From contig JAJZRO010000007.1 in NCBI GenBank assembly GCA_021802645.1, positions 51,073 through 115,072 of the forward strand: a stretch of DNA of 64,000 nucleotides. Direction: 5' to 3'. Both the position numbers and the translations under genes were made by a program. The notes under the pieces are model-generated. The model ran no database searches. It saw only the letters and a program-made list of their open reading frames with translations, and had not been told where the DNA came from. Source of the DNA: Deltaproteobacteria bacterium (GTDB lineage: Bacteria > Desulfobacterota > Desulfobulbia > Desulfobulbales > Desulfurivibrionaceae). This document shows positions 48,876-59,001 of the stretch, piece by piece (the first letter of the stretch is position 1; each line of letters begins with the position of its first letter).

Positions 48876-49631
48876 TTAGTGAACAGTGCGTTGCGGGTCC
48901 TGCCCTTTGGGCCATTCCAAGAGGGCGAAGGTGTTGAAGCCGGCGGCCAGATTCTCGACCCGCACGGAAAACCATTTGATGTGCGGATGGCTGGCCAGCT
49001 TGGCGCCGATAGCCTTGGTCAGCCCTTCCACCGCCAGGGTGCATTCCGTCTGCGAGTCGGTGGGCCAGCAGAGGTCGTGGCGGGTCACCGCCTCCACGGT
49101 GTCGATAAGGTCCTCGATCCAGACGAAATGGCGGCAGCGCAGGGCCACCTCCGCCATCCCCCAGTGGCCGAGTGAGCGCGGCATGCCGGTCGTTGGCTGG
49201 GTAGGCTGCGGCGGGGCGATGGGTACCCGAACCGAGAGGACCAGGTCATCCTTCTGTTCGAGGGAACCGTGCATCCGGCAGCGATATTCGTTGATGCCGA
49301 TGGCATTTGCCTCGCCGCGCTTGAGGAAGTAGGGGAATTCGAGTTCCATGTGGGCGGCCGCGGCCTGGAGTTTTTCCTTCATTTCCTCAAGGATGAGATG
49401 AAAGCTGGCCAGGGTGATCTCGCCGTGAAAGCGGTTCAGGATCTCGATGAAACGGCTCATGTGGGTGCCCTTGAACTGATGGGGCAGATTGACGTACATG
49501 TTGACCGTGGCCACCGTGCGCTGAATGCGCTGGGCCTTGTCCAGCAGGGTGATGGGGTAGGAGATGTTCTTGACCCCCACCTTTTTGATGTTGATGCGCC
49601 GGTGGTCGCGCTGGCCCTGGATGTCTTTCAT
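48876..49631 (-). CDS. folE2: GTP cyclohydrolase FolE2/MptA family
   Basis: Reads DIQGQRDHRRINIKKVGVKNISYPITL...VNLPHQFKGTHMSRFIEIL. ATG 49631 is preferred over the TTG at 49643 used by the ORF track. Confidence 0.82.
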   Translation of the reverse strand: MKDIQGQRDHRRINIKKVGVKNISYPITLLDKAQRIQRTVATVNMYVNLPHQFKGTHMSRFIEILNRFHGEITLASFHLILEEMKEKLQAAAAHMELEFPYFLKRGEANAIGINEYRCRMHGSLEQKDDLVLSVRVPIAPPQPTQPTTGMPRSLGHWGMAEVALRCRHFVWIEDLIDTVEAVTRHDLCWPTDSQTECTLAVEGLTKAIGAKLASHPHIKWFSVRVENLAAGFNTFALLEWPKGQDPQRTVH

Positions 49632-49641
49632 GGCGTCCTTC

Positions 49642-49676
49642 AAAAAAACGGCCCGCCGGTATGCAGCGGCGGGCCG
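49642..49676 (-). terminator. rho-independent terminator after the response-regulator gene
   Basis: The minus strand has CGGCCCGCCG ... CGGCGGGCCG followed by TTTTTTT (plus-strand A7 at 49642-49648). Confidence 0.7.
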
Positions 49677-49707
49677 CGGAATGCGGGCGGTGTGCGGGCA
49701 GGAATCA

Positions 49708-50058
49708 TTACGCCAGGTGCTTCCTGACCGCCGCCTTCAATTCGTCGAGATTGGAAGATTTGACAATGTACTCGTCGGAGGCCCACGATGCAAGGTCTTG
49801 TTTGAACTCCTGGTAGGCGGAACAGAGGATGACCGGCACCGTGGGCTTGATCGCCTTGATGCGGCGCAGCGCCTCGATGCCGTTCATGCCCGGCATGTTG
49901 ATGTCGAGGATGATGAGGTCCGGGCCGATGATGTTGAGTTTGTCGAGCGCTTCCTCGCCGGTGAGGGCGGAGTGGACCTCGTAGCCCGCTTCCTCGAGTT
50001 CTTCGCGGTACAGGAGATGGATGCTCTCTTCGTCGTCCACCAGCAGGATTTTTTTCAT
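49708..50058 (-). CDS. stand-alone response regulator (REC domain only)
   Basis: 116 aa from ATG 50058 reading MKKILLVDDEE...LIILDINMPGMNG...ILCSAY...YIVKS. Confidence 0.85.
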   Translation of the reverse strand: MKKILLVDDEESIHLLYREELEEAGYEVHSALTGEEALDKLNIIGPDLIILDINMPGMNGIEALRRIKAIKPTVPVILCSAYQEFKQDLASWASDEYIVKSSNLDELKAAVRKHLA

Positions 50059-50090
50059 CAGTGCGTCCTCCAGGCCGGCCGGGGTGCCGG

Positions 50091-51092
50091 CTAGATCTCC
50101 GCTTCCCGCAGAAAGCGCGCCGCCTCTTCCGGCGGCACCGGGTTGATGTAGAAGCCGGAGCCCCACTCGAAGCCCGCGACCATGGTGAGTTTGGGCATGA
50201 TCTCGAAATGCCAGTGGTAGTGATCCAGCGGTTGCGAACGCAACGGCGCGCCGTGCAGCACGAAATTGTAGGGCACGCCGGGCATGCAGTGGTCGAGGCG
50301 CTTCATACACTCGGAAAAAATTGCCGCCAGATCGCGAAAGGTCTCGTCGTCGGCGGTCATGAAGGAGGAGGCGTGGCGTTTGGGCATGATCCACATCTCG
50401 AAGGGCGAGCGCGGGGCAAAGGGGACGATGGCGAGGAAATGGCTGTTTTGGGCGATGAGCCGGCTACCCTGGCTGAGTTCCTGCCGGATGATGTCGCAGA
50501 AGATGCAGCGTTCCTTGTACTGGTAGTAGGAGAGGCTGCCATCGAGTTCCGAGGCGATCATGCGTGGCACGATGGGCAGCGCCACCAGTTGGGAATGAGA
50601 GTGTTCGAGCGAGGCGCCCGCCGCCGCCCCGAAGTTCTTGAAAACCATGACGTAACGGAAGCGCGGATCCTTGGCGAGGTCGTTCAGGCGATCCCGGTAG
50701 GCCCAGAAGACTTGGACCATGCGCTCCGGCGGGAGCTGGGTGAAGGTTTCATTGTGGTTCGGCGTCTCCACGATGACCTCGTGGGCGCCAATGCCGTTCA
50801 TTTTGTCGTAGAGGCCCTCGCCCTCCTTGTTGAGATCACCTTCGATGATGAGGGCGGGGTATTTATTGGGCACCACCCGGAGCGACCAGCCGGGCTGGTT
50901 CGCCCCGCGGCCGGGTGAGGCGCCGTAGGCCAGCACCTCCGGGGGCGTGGTGTTCTCATTGCCGGGGCATAGGGGACAGAAGCCGCCCCGCACGTGGTTT
51001 TTTTCGATAATGAAATCGCTGGGCCTCTTTCCGCGTTCCGTCGCGATGATAATCCATCGGCCAACAATCGGATCCTTGCGGAGTTCGGGCAT
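50091..51092 (-). CDS. galT: galactose-1-phosphate uridylyltransferase (HIT superfamily)
   Basis: 333 aa with the zinc motif CPLCPGNE, VVPNKYPAL, and the active-site HSHSQL. Confidence 0.85.
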   Translation of the reverse strand: MPELRKDPIVGRWIIIATERGKRPSDFIIEKNHVRGGFCPLCPGNENTTPPEVLAYGASPGRGANQPGWSLRVVPNKYPALIIEGDLNKEGEGLYDKMNGIGAHEVIVETPNHNETFTQLPPERMVQVFWAYRDRLNDLAKDPRFRYVMVFKNFGAAAGASLEHSHSQLVALPIVPRMIASELDGSLSYYQYKERCIFCDIIRQELSQGSRLIAQNSHFLAIVPFAPRSPFEMWIMPKRHASSFMTADDETFRDLAAIFSECMKRLDHCMPGVPYNFVLHGAPLRSQPLDHYHWHFEIMPKLTMVAGFEWGSGFYINPVPPEEAARFLREAEI

Positions 51093-51102
51093 GACGTGAC
51101 CT

Positions 51103-51468
51103 CTAGAGGCCTTTCTGGGCCTTCTCCTGCGTTTCTTGTCTGGTTTTACACTCGATGCAGAGGGTGGTGACCGGCCGCGCCTCCAGGCGTTTCACCGAGA
51201 TGTCGTCGCCGCACTCTTCGCAGATGCCGTAGGTGCCGTCGTCGATCCGCTCCATGGCCTCCTTGATCTTCGACAACAGCTTGCGTTCGCGGTCGCGGAT
51301 GCGCAGCTCGAAGCTGCGGTCCGATTCGGCCGTGGCGCGATCGGTCGGGTCGGGGTAATTATCGTTATGGTCCGTCATCTCATGGATGGTTTTGTCTGCT
51401 TCGGTGAGGAGCTGCTGGCTCATGTCCTCAAGTTTTTTGCGGAAATGCTCAAGCTGTTTTGGTTTCAC
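51103..51468 (-). CDS. dksA: TraR/DksA-family zinc-finger transcriptional regulator
   Basis: 121 aa from GTG 51468 (AAGGAG RBS) with a coiled-coil region and the C4 finger CEECGDDI...CIEC. Confidence 0.8.
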   Translation of the reverse strand: MKPKQLEHFRKKLEDMSQQLLTEADKTIHEMTDHNDNYPDPTDRATAESDRSFELRIRDRERKLLSKIKEAMERIDDGTYGICEECGDDISVKRLEARPVTTLCIECKTRQETQEKAQKGL

Positions 51469-51526
51469 GATACAACTCCTTGGGGTTCGCCTTTTCTTCC
51501 ATGATACCAGAACGGGGAGTCGCCAC

Positions 51527-52018
51527 CTACCCGTTTCGTTGATATCTACCGCTCTTGCCACCGGTTTTTTCGAGTAGCCGGATATTGCCGATGGTCATAC
51601 CTTTGTCAACCGCCTTGCACATATCGTAGATGGTCAGCGCCGCGACACTGACCGCGGTGAGCGCCTCCATCTCCACCCCGGTTTTGCCGCTGATGCCCAC
51701 CGTGGCCTCGATCTCCACCGTGTGGTGCTCTTCGTCGAGCCGGAATCGCACCTCGGCCCGGTCGATGGCCAGGGGGTGGGTAAGGGGAATCAATTCGTCC
51801 ACCCGTTTGGCCGCCATGATGCCGGCGATCCTGGCCACGCCGAGCACGTCGCCCTTGGCCATGGTGCCGGCCGCGAGCTGGGCAAAGGCCTTGGGGGACA
51901 TGGTGATTGCGCCGCCCGCCGTGGCCTCCCGGGCGGTGACGGCCTTGCTGCCGACATCAACCATCCAGGCGTTGCCGCTGGCGTCAAAATGGGTGAGGGT
52001 GGCGCGTTTGGCGGTCAT
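51527..52018 (-). CDS. moaC: cyclic pyranopterin monophosphate synthase MoaC
   Basis: 163 aa with LTHFD..G...[21 protein letters not shown] and [23 protein letters not shown]. Confidence 0.93.
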   Translation of the reverse strand: MTAKRATLTHFDASGNAWMVDVGSKAVTAREATAGGAITMSPKAFAQLAAGTMAKGDVLGVARIAGIMAAKRVDELIPLTHPLAIDRAEVRFRLDEEHHTVEIEATVGISGKTGVEMEALTAVSVAALTIYDMCKAVDKGMTIGNIRLLEKTGGKSGRYQRNG

Positions 52019-52102
52019 GGGGCGACTGTCTCCGTCTGTTTGGTGCCTGGCGTCCCTGGCCGGCAGGCGTCAGTGGATTCTTTCCTTATAGCCACGCCCA
52101 CT

Positions 52103-53490
<1,388 letters not shown>

Positions 53491-53677
53491 GTACGGTATT
53501 CCTCCTGGCGAGGGTTTCGACCCGTGCGGGGTCGCTTAAACTCGCCAAATATAATACAGCGGAATGATTTGGCAAATGGTTTTTCGCCGGTACGTATATT
53601 TTTTTTATTTATTCCGAGTGGTTATTGTTTTCTTTGGGCGGGCGCCGCAGCGGTTTGCAGATGGGCTTGTCGTTTTA

Positions 53678-53693
53678 TGGCATGAAATATGCA
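53678..53693 (+). promoter_or_regulatory. candidate sigma-54 promoter upstream of the lipoprotein operon
   Basis: TGGCATGAAATATGCA has correct GG-N10-GC spacing and lies about 215 nt upstream of the ATG at 53907. Confidence 0.4.
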
Positions 53694-53906
53694 AAAAAAA
53701 TCAACAGCCGTATCGTTGACCACACGTTTCCGGGCCAGGCCAGGCGGCGTGAGAGCAGCATCAACGCCGGACAGAAAGCGGGACCGCCGGAATTTTTTAC
53801 CGGCCGGGTGGCGTGATACTGGGTGTCGATTTTTTGACGATATGGCAGATTGCGACTGATGTCGGTCTCTGGGGAGATAGGACATGGCAGGCAAAAGGAG
53901 AAAGGG

Positions 53907-54158
53907 ATGCGAAAGCTTGGGATGGTGATTTTGTTGTTTTTGCTGGCCGGTTGTTCCGGTGGCATACGTTCCTCGCTGGTGGAGATGGACCTGCGGCTCG
54001 CATCGCCCGCCTTGCGGCTCAATAATGATGACGTGCCGGTGGTCTATCCCGATCAATATGCCGGCGGCGGCGCCAGCCGCGATCCGATGGTGAACGCCTT
54101 CGGCCCGTCGTGGGAGAGCCTGGAGCCGTTTTACAGCGATTATCGGTTCAACCCCTGA
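53907..54158 (+). CDS. small lipoprotein, unknown function
   Basis: 83 aa from ATG 53907 (AAAAGGAGAAAGGG RBS) with lipobox LLAGC. First gene of a tightly spaced four-gene set. Confidence 0.6.
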   Translation: MRKLGMVILLFLLAGCSGGIRSSLVEMDLRLASPALRLNNDDVPVVYPDQYAGGGASRDPMVNAFGPSWESLEPFYSDYRFNP

Positions 54159-54159
54159 T

Positions 54160-55035
54160 ATGAGGCACATCGCCATGATAGGAAGAAAATGTTACACTGG
54201 TCTGCTGCTGGGCGTGGTTCTGCTGGGCTGGCCGATGATTGCTGCGGCAGGAGGGCAGGGAGCGGTATTCAAAGAGCCGCCCCCGGCGGTGGATACCTCG
54301 ATGCCGGACCTTCCGCCGCCGGCGGCTCCGACAACCGAGCCCCCGGCGCTAACGGCCCCGGCGGCAACGACGTCGCCGGTTAACACCCCGCCCTATCGCC
54401 CTTATTTTTACAACTATCCCCATGAAATTCCGGCTGATTACGTCTTCCGTACCGAACGGGTCTTCTCGCCCCAAGGCATGGGGGGCGGCTTGTTCTCCGG
54501 CTTTGCCGGAAGCAACGCCTCGCCGGTTGCCGCCAACGCGGCACTGTCCACGGCGGTGCACAACTTGGCCCAACGGCTGTTGACCGGCACCCAGGAGGAG
54601 ATCGCCGACGAATACACCGTCGCGGTGAGCACCTTTGTCAATCTCAACAATCTCTATGCCACTTCCGCCTTGGGCCGCTACGTGGGCGAGCAGATGATCG
54701 GCGAACTGCGGGGTAGCGGTATCGCGGTGATCGACGTGCGCAAGACGCCGGGTATCATGGTGAGCAGATACAATGGTGAATACAGTTTGTCGCGGGACAT
54801 GAAAGAGTTGCGTTACATCCAAAACGCCCAGGCCATGCTGGTCGGTACGTATACGGTAGCCGAAGGCCGGGTTTTTTTGAATGCCCGGCTGCTCCGGAAC
54901 GCCGACAATATGGTGCTGGCGGCGGCCACCCTGGAGATTCCCATGGATGCCGTGGTGGCTGGCATGCTGGCCGACGAGGGGATGCCGGCGAGCAAGGCGA
55001 CGCCGGTGGCGGTGCGGGCCTTTGGTAAACGATAA
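54160..55035 (+). CDS. FlgO-family-like outer-membrane-associated protein with a Pro-rich N-terminal region
   Basis: 291 aa with a signal sequence and a PPPA/TEPP-rich linker. It then reads VAVSTFVNLNNLYATSALGRYVGEQMIGELRGSGIAVIDVRK...GEYSLSRDMKEL...AMLVGTYTVAEGRVFLNARLLR, as remembered for FlgO family members. Not searched. Confidence 0.55.
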   Translation: MRHIAMIGRKCYTGLLLGVVLLGWPMIAAAGGQGAVFKEPPPAVDTSMPDLPPPAAPTTEPPALTAPAATTSPVNTPPYRPYFYNYPHEIPADYVFRTERVFSPQGMGGGLFSGFAGSNASPVAANAALSTAVHNLAQRLLTGTQEEIADEYTVAVSTFVNLNNLYATSALGRYVGEQMIGELRGSGIAVIDVRKTPGIMVSRYNGEYSLSRDMKELRYIQNAQAMLVGTYTVAEGRVFLNARLLRNADNMVLAAATLEIPMDAVVAGMLADEGMPASKATPVAVRAFGKR

Positions 55036-55046
55036 GGAGAATAAGG

Positions 55047-55646
55047 ATGAAATGCGCAAAAGGCCTCCGGCGATGGGGGATGGGGTTGCTGGCTGCCCTG
55101 GTGCTGCTTGCCGGCTGTGGGCCGACGGTGCATACCGGCGGCACGGCCTCGGTGGTAACCCCCGATTTTTTCGGCCTCGGTGAAGAGGTGGCGCAGCAGC
55201 TGGCGCAAAATTTTCATCATGGCCGCGCTACCGGCATGAGCCTCATGCTCACCACCATGGTGAAGGTGGATAACCTTTACGAGACCAGCCGCTTCGGCCG
55301 GACCTTTACCGAGTCGCTGGCCACCAGACTTTTCCGCCATGGCTTCGGGGTGGTGGAGATCCGCAAGGCGAGCGAAGTGCTGGTCAAGGCCAACAGCGGT
55401 GAGTTGATGCTGACCAGGGATGCCCGGTTGCTCGCCAAGCAACAAAGGGTCCATGGCATCGTGGTGGGCACCTATTCCTTGACCCCGCGGACGGTAATCC
55501 TCAATGTCCGCATTCTTGACGCTGCCTCGCAGGATGTCCTTTCCGTCGCCGGGGTGGAGATCCAGCGGAGCGCCAATATCAACTATCTGCTGGCCGCGTC
55601 CGCCGACGGCGCAGAGGATGCCGGCGTGTCCGCCCGGGAGCGGTAG
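55047..55646 (+). CDS. FlgO-family-like lipoprotein (paralog)
   Basis: 199 aa with an AAGGAG RBS and lipobox LLAGC. Reads LMLTTMVKVDNLYETSRFGRTFTESLATRLFRHGFGVVEIRK...GELMLTRDARLL...GIVVGTYSLTPRTVILNVRILD. Confidence 0.6.
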   Translation: MKCAKGLRRWGMGLLAALVLLAGCGPTVHTGGTASVVTPDFFGLGEEVAQQLAQNFHHGRATGMSLMLTTMVKVDNLYETSRFGRTFTESLATRLFRHGFGVVEIRKASEVLVKANSGELMLTRDARLLAKQQRVHGIVVGTYSLTPRTVILNVRILDAASQDVLSVAGVEIQRSANINYLLAASADGAEDAGVSARER

Positions 55647-55655
55647 GAGGGGAGT

Positions 55656-56288
55656 ATGCGAAGAGGCATGCTGTTGTGGGTGGCGTTGGCGATGCTCGCT
55701 GCCGGCTGTTCACTCCGCGACCAACGTTCGACGCTGTACGTCGAGCCGCGGACCGGTTCGCCGGTGGTCTATATCCATCCGTTGCAGAACACCTTCGACG
55801 AGGCGTCGGTGGGGGTGCTGCCCTTTTCGGTGCCGGAGAACGTCCCCCCGGCGCAGGGGGTGCAGGTGGCCGCCCTGTTTAAGGACGTGCTGCTCGGCAA
55901 ACGCGCCTTTCCGGTGGTGCGGCAGTTGGGACAGGGGTATGGCGATCTGGATGAGGCCTTGGCCCGCGGCAAGGCGGCCAAGGTCGATCTGGTGCTCGCC
56001 GGCCGGGTGAATTACGCCTTGGCGGCCACCGAATTGGGCGGCGGCCGGGTTTCGGTCTCGGTGCGGCTCCTGAATGTCCGTTCCGGCAACACGGTTTGGT
56101 ATATCGAGCAGGCGATCGACCAGCCCATGGATTATCCCGACATGGGGATGTGGGGCCGGTTGGTGGATTCGTTCGGGGTGCCGAAGGTGCGGCCGTCGAC
56201 CGGCGCGCCACCGGTACCCAATATGCTGGCCAAGATCGCGGTGGACATGGCCGAGGTCATGGCCGGCGCCCGCATGGTGAATCGGTAG
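55656..56288 (+). CDS. lipoprotein, TolB-N/LpoB-like pattern, unknown function
   Basis: 210 aa with lipobox LAAGC. Reads VGVLPFSVP...VDLVLAGRVNY...RVSVSVRLLNVRSGNTVWYIEQAI. Confidence 0.55.
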   Translation: MRRGMLLWVALAMLAAGCSLRDQRSTLYVEPRTGSPVVYIHPLQNTFDEASVGVLPFSVPENVPPAQGVQVAALFKDVLLGKRAFPVVRQLGQGYGDLDEALARGKAAKVDLVLAGRVNYALAATELGGGRVSVSVRLLNVRSGNTVWYIEQAIDQPMDYPDMGMWGRLVDSFGVPKVRPSTGAPPVPNMLAKIAVDMAEVMAGARMVNR

Positions 56289-56455
56289 GGCGGTGGCTGC
56301 CTTGGCAGCCTTGAAAAGACCCCAACGCGAGTTGATCGGCACCAATCGAGCCGCCTTTCTGTCTCGCATTTCAAAGCGAACAGCCGGCGGCGCGCAGGGC
56401 AAGGCGGCATTGGCGTAGCCTGTGGCGGGAAGCAACGCCTTGGGCACCGTAAGGC

Positions 56456-57198
56456 TTACGGTGCAGAGCCGACCGCTTTCCGTCCCGCAAATTTCACCGC
56501 AATGATGCTGATCTCGTAGAGGATGATGAGCGGGATCGCCATCAGGCATTGATTCACCACGTCCGGCGTGGGGGTGAGGATGGCGGCGACGATGAAGGCG
56601 ATGAGGATGGCGTAGCGGCGGTTCTTGCGGAGGAAAGAGGCATCAAACAGGCCGAGGCGGGCAAGCAGCACCATGAAGACCGGCAACTCGAAGACCAGGC
56701 CAAAGGCGATGAGTAATCGGATTGACAGGGAGAAATATTCCGTCACCGCTGGCAACGGGGTGAGGAAATCGCTGGAGTAGCCCACCAGAAAGCGAAAGGC
56801 CGGCGGGAAGACCACGTAATACCCAAAGGCGGCTCCGACCAGAAAGCAGAGCACCGACACCACGGTAAAGGGCAACAGCACCCGTTTTTCGTGCTGGTAG
56901 AGCCCAGGCGCCACGAACCGCCAGATCTGCCAGAAGAGAACCGGACTCGCCAGTACGATGCCGGCGGCCAGGGCGATTTTCAGATAAAAAAAAAGCCCTC
57001 CTGATAGGAGGTGAAAATCAGGGTGCTCCCTGGCGGCAACACCGCAAAGACGGGACGAAAGAGCCACTCGCCGATCTCTTTGCTGTAGGCATAGGCGATG
57101 CCAAAACCCACCGCCACGGCGATCACGGAGTTGACGAGACAACGGCGCAGATCCGCTAGATGCTCGGTCAGGCCCTGCTTTTTAAATTCTTCCGCCAT
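56456..57198 (-). pseudogene. tatC: tatC (twin-arginine translocase subunit) interrupted by a -1 frameshift in a homopolymer
   Basis: The N-terminal 72 aa (56980..57198: ...LTEHLADLRRCL...IFTSYQEGFFFI*) and the remainder (from ...FFYLKIALAAGIVLASPVLFWQIWRFVAPGLY... to 56456) are in different frames. They join at the A9/T9 run at 56986-56994, and one extra T restores GFFFYLKIAL. Confidence 0.85.
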
Positions 57199-57350
57199 GG
57201 TTGCGCGTCCGTTTTCGCTCCAGGGAGCGTGTTGGCAAGAGACTCCGCGCCATACTAACCGGATGGCTGGGCATGGTCAAGCAAATCCAAACGGTTTTGT
57301 AGCGAAGGGGGTTGCATCATTCCCGCCGACAGGGTAGTTCATGGGCTGTC

Positions 57351-58226
57351 ATGAAGAACCTGCCCACTCCTCACGATTTGGCTTCCGGTCGTGCGCTGCT
57401 CGCCCGGCCGCTGTTGCCGTTGGCCCGCCTTGCCGGCTTCCTGTATCTTACCGGCCCCTTCGAGCGGATCGCCGAGCTGCTCGGCGAACTCCCGGATCCG
57501 ATCGAAATCGGCGGGGTGCTCTATCCGCAACCAGCGGCGTTGCTCCAGCCCTATCTGGCGATTCTCCAAGAGTTCGAACAGTTCAAACATCCGACCGCGC
57601 GGTCGTATCGGATCATTGATGAGAGCGGCAACGAACTGCCGTCCATGGAGGCCATCGACCTGTGGTGCAGCCACCACCTGCTGGTGCAGGAGTTGGAGGT
57701 GATCAACAGCCTGCTCTGCGCCCCTTGCGGCTGCACCCTCTGCTGCACGGGGCCGGCGGCAGAGATGGGCCAGGTTTTTTTCGAGATCCCGCTGCATGCC
57801 GCGGAGTGTCAGTGGTTTCCCCTTGCCGCCATGGACACCGAGGCGAGCCGGGCAACGACGCCATATCAGGAGCCGCCACTCCGGCGAGGCGATCTCCCGT
57901 TTTATGAAACCGCCCCGGCGCTCTATCATTGGCAGGGGGGCTGGAGCCTGATTTTGCCCAGGAATGCGGCCTGCCCCCATCTGGAGCCGACTGGCCGCTG
58001 CCGCATTTACCCGCACAGACCCGAGGTCTGCCGCCGGCCGCAGATTTTTTCCTATGTCCTGGAGGCGCTCCCGGCAGCCCAGGCGAACGAAGTGACTACC
58101 TATCAGGCCCGCCGTTCCCTGCTCGCAGTCTGGGATTGCCCCTATGTCCAGGTGTTGCAGGAGTCGATTGCTGCTTTCGCCGCGGCCTGCGAACTCACCC
58201 CGGTATTCCGGCAGAATAAGGCCTGA
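57351..58226 (+). CDS. YkgJ-family (UPF0153) cysteine-cluster protein
   Basis: Reads CAPCGCTLCC...ACPHLEPTGRCRIYPHRPEVCRRPQIF, which fits the CxxCxxCC ... C.iY..RP..CR pattern. Start taken at ATG 57351. Confidence 0.65.
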   Translation: MKNLPTPHDLASGRALLARPLLPLARLAGFLYLTGPFERIAELLGELPDPIEIGGVLYPQPAALLQPYLAILQEFEQFKHPTARSYRIIDESGNELPSMEAIDLWCSHHLLVQELEVINSLLCAPCGCTLCCTGPAAEMGQVFFEIPLHAAECQWFPLAAMDTEASRATTPYQEPPLRRGDLPFYETAPALYHWQGGWSLILPRNAACPHLEPTGRCRIYPHRPEVCRRPQIFSYVLEALPAAQANEVTTYQARRSLLAVWDCPYVQVLQESIAAFAAACELTPVFRQNKA

Positions 58227-58244
58227 GCCGCTTCAGGTGATCGG

Positions 58245-58937
58245 TCAGCTTTTCTTGCGTTGTTGCTGGAAAAGCTGCCACAACGGTGTAATGCGCCGTA
58301 TCCGCTGGTGTGGCAAGGCTTCCCATAGGATAGCCGGCGGCTCGTCGCGCGCAGCCGCGATTTCGCTGGTGCCACCAGGATGGATCACCACATCGGCCCG
58401 CACATCCCATGGCTGCGCATCGTCAACTACCGTTTCCCCCGTTAAAAAATTTCCGGTGACCGCCACGACCGCGAACGACGCCGCCAAGCCGCCGGCGGCC
58501 TGCAGGATGGCGACGGTCAGATCGAAAAAACCCTTGCCCTCGGCCACCATCACTCCGCGTTGATCCACTGCCACCGCATTGGTCACCAGCAATCCGATCT
58601 GGCCGCCGGCCAAACCGGACAGGGTAAGCCGTTCGCCGCAAGTCACGATGCCATGCGGAGTAACCGCCTGCCTTAAGGCGCCAAAGGGCAGGGTGTACGG
58701 CGTCAGCGTCCAGAAGCCCTCCACTAGCCCGGCAGCGGGCATGAACAGGCGTTTGCCGTCACAAAGGGCGTTGATGCGAATTTGCTGTAGCATGGGCGCT
58801 GGGTCGACCGCAACCGCCCTGGTAATGCGATACGGTGTGAGACGACGCACCTGTTCGGCGATGCGACCAGGAGAGAAGGTGGCACCGCTGGTCGGCTCTT
58901 TTGAGGTTCGGCGCAGGAGTTCCTTGTTCATCCGCAT
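58245..58937 (-). CDS. hypothetical protein, possibly 5-formyltetrahydrofolate cyclo-ligase-like fold
   Basis: 230 aa. The only supporting similarity is VAVDQRGVMVAEGKGFFDL, which resembles the vavD..G.RlG.G.GyYDR motif. Weak assignment. Confidence 0.35.
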   Translation of the reverse strand: MRMNKELLRRTSKEPTSGATFSPGRIAEQVRRLTPYRITRAVAVDPAPMLQQIRINALCDGKRLFMPAAGLVEGFWTLTPYTLPFGALRQAVTPHGIVTCGERLTLSGLAGGQIGLLVTNAVAVDQRGVMVAEGKGFFDLTVAILQAAGGLAASFAVVAVTGNFLTGETVVDDAQPWDVRADVVIHPGGTSEIAAARDEPPAILWEALPHQRIRRITPLWQLFQQQRKKS

Positions 58938-58946
58938 CTCCCAAAC

Positions 58947-58979
58947 AAAAAAGGGCCGGCGAGTTTACCCCGCCGGCCC
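58947..58979 (-). terminator. rho-independent terminator after the carboxypeptidase gene
   Basis: The minus strand has GGGCCGGCG ... CGCCGGCCC followed by TTTTTT. Confidence 0.8.
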
Positions 58980-59001
58980 TACGTTTCCATTACCGCCTGC
59001 C

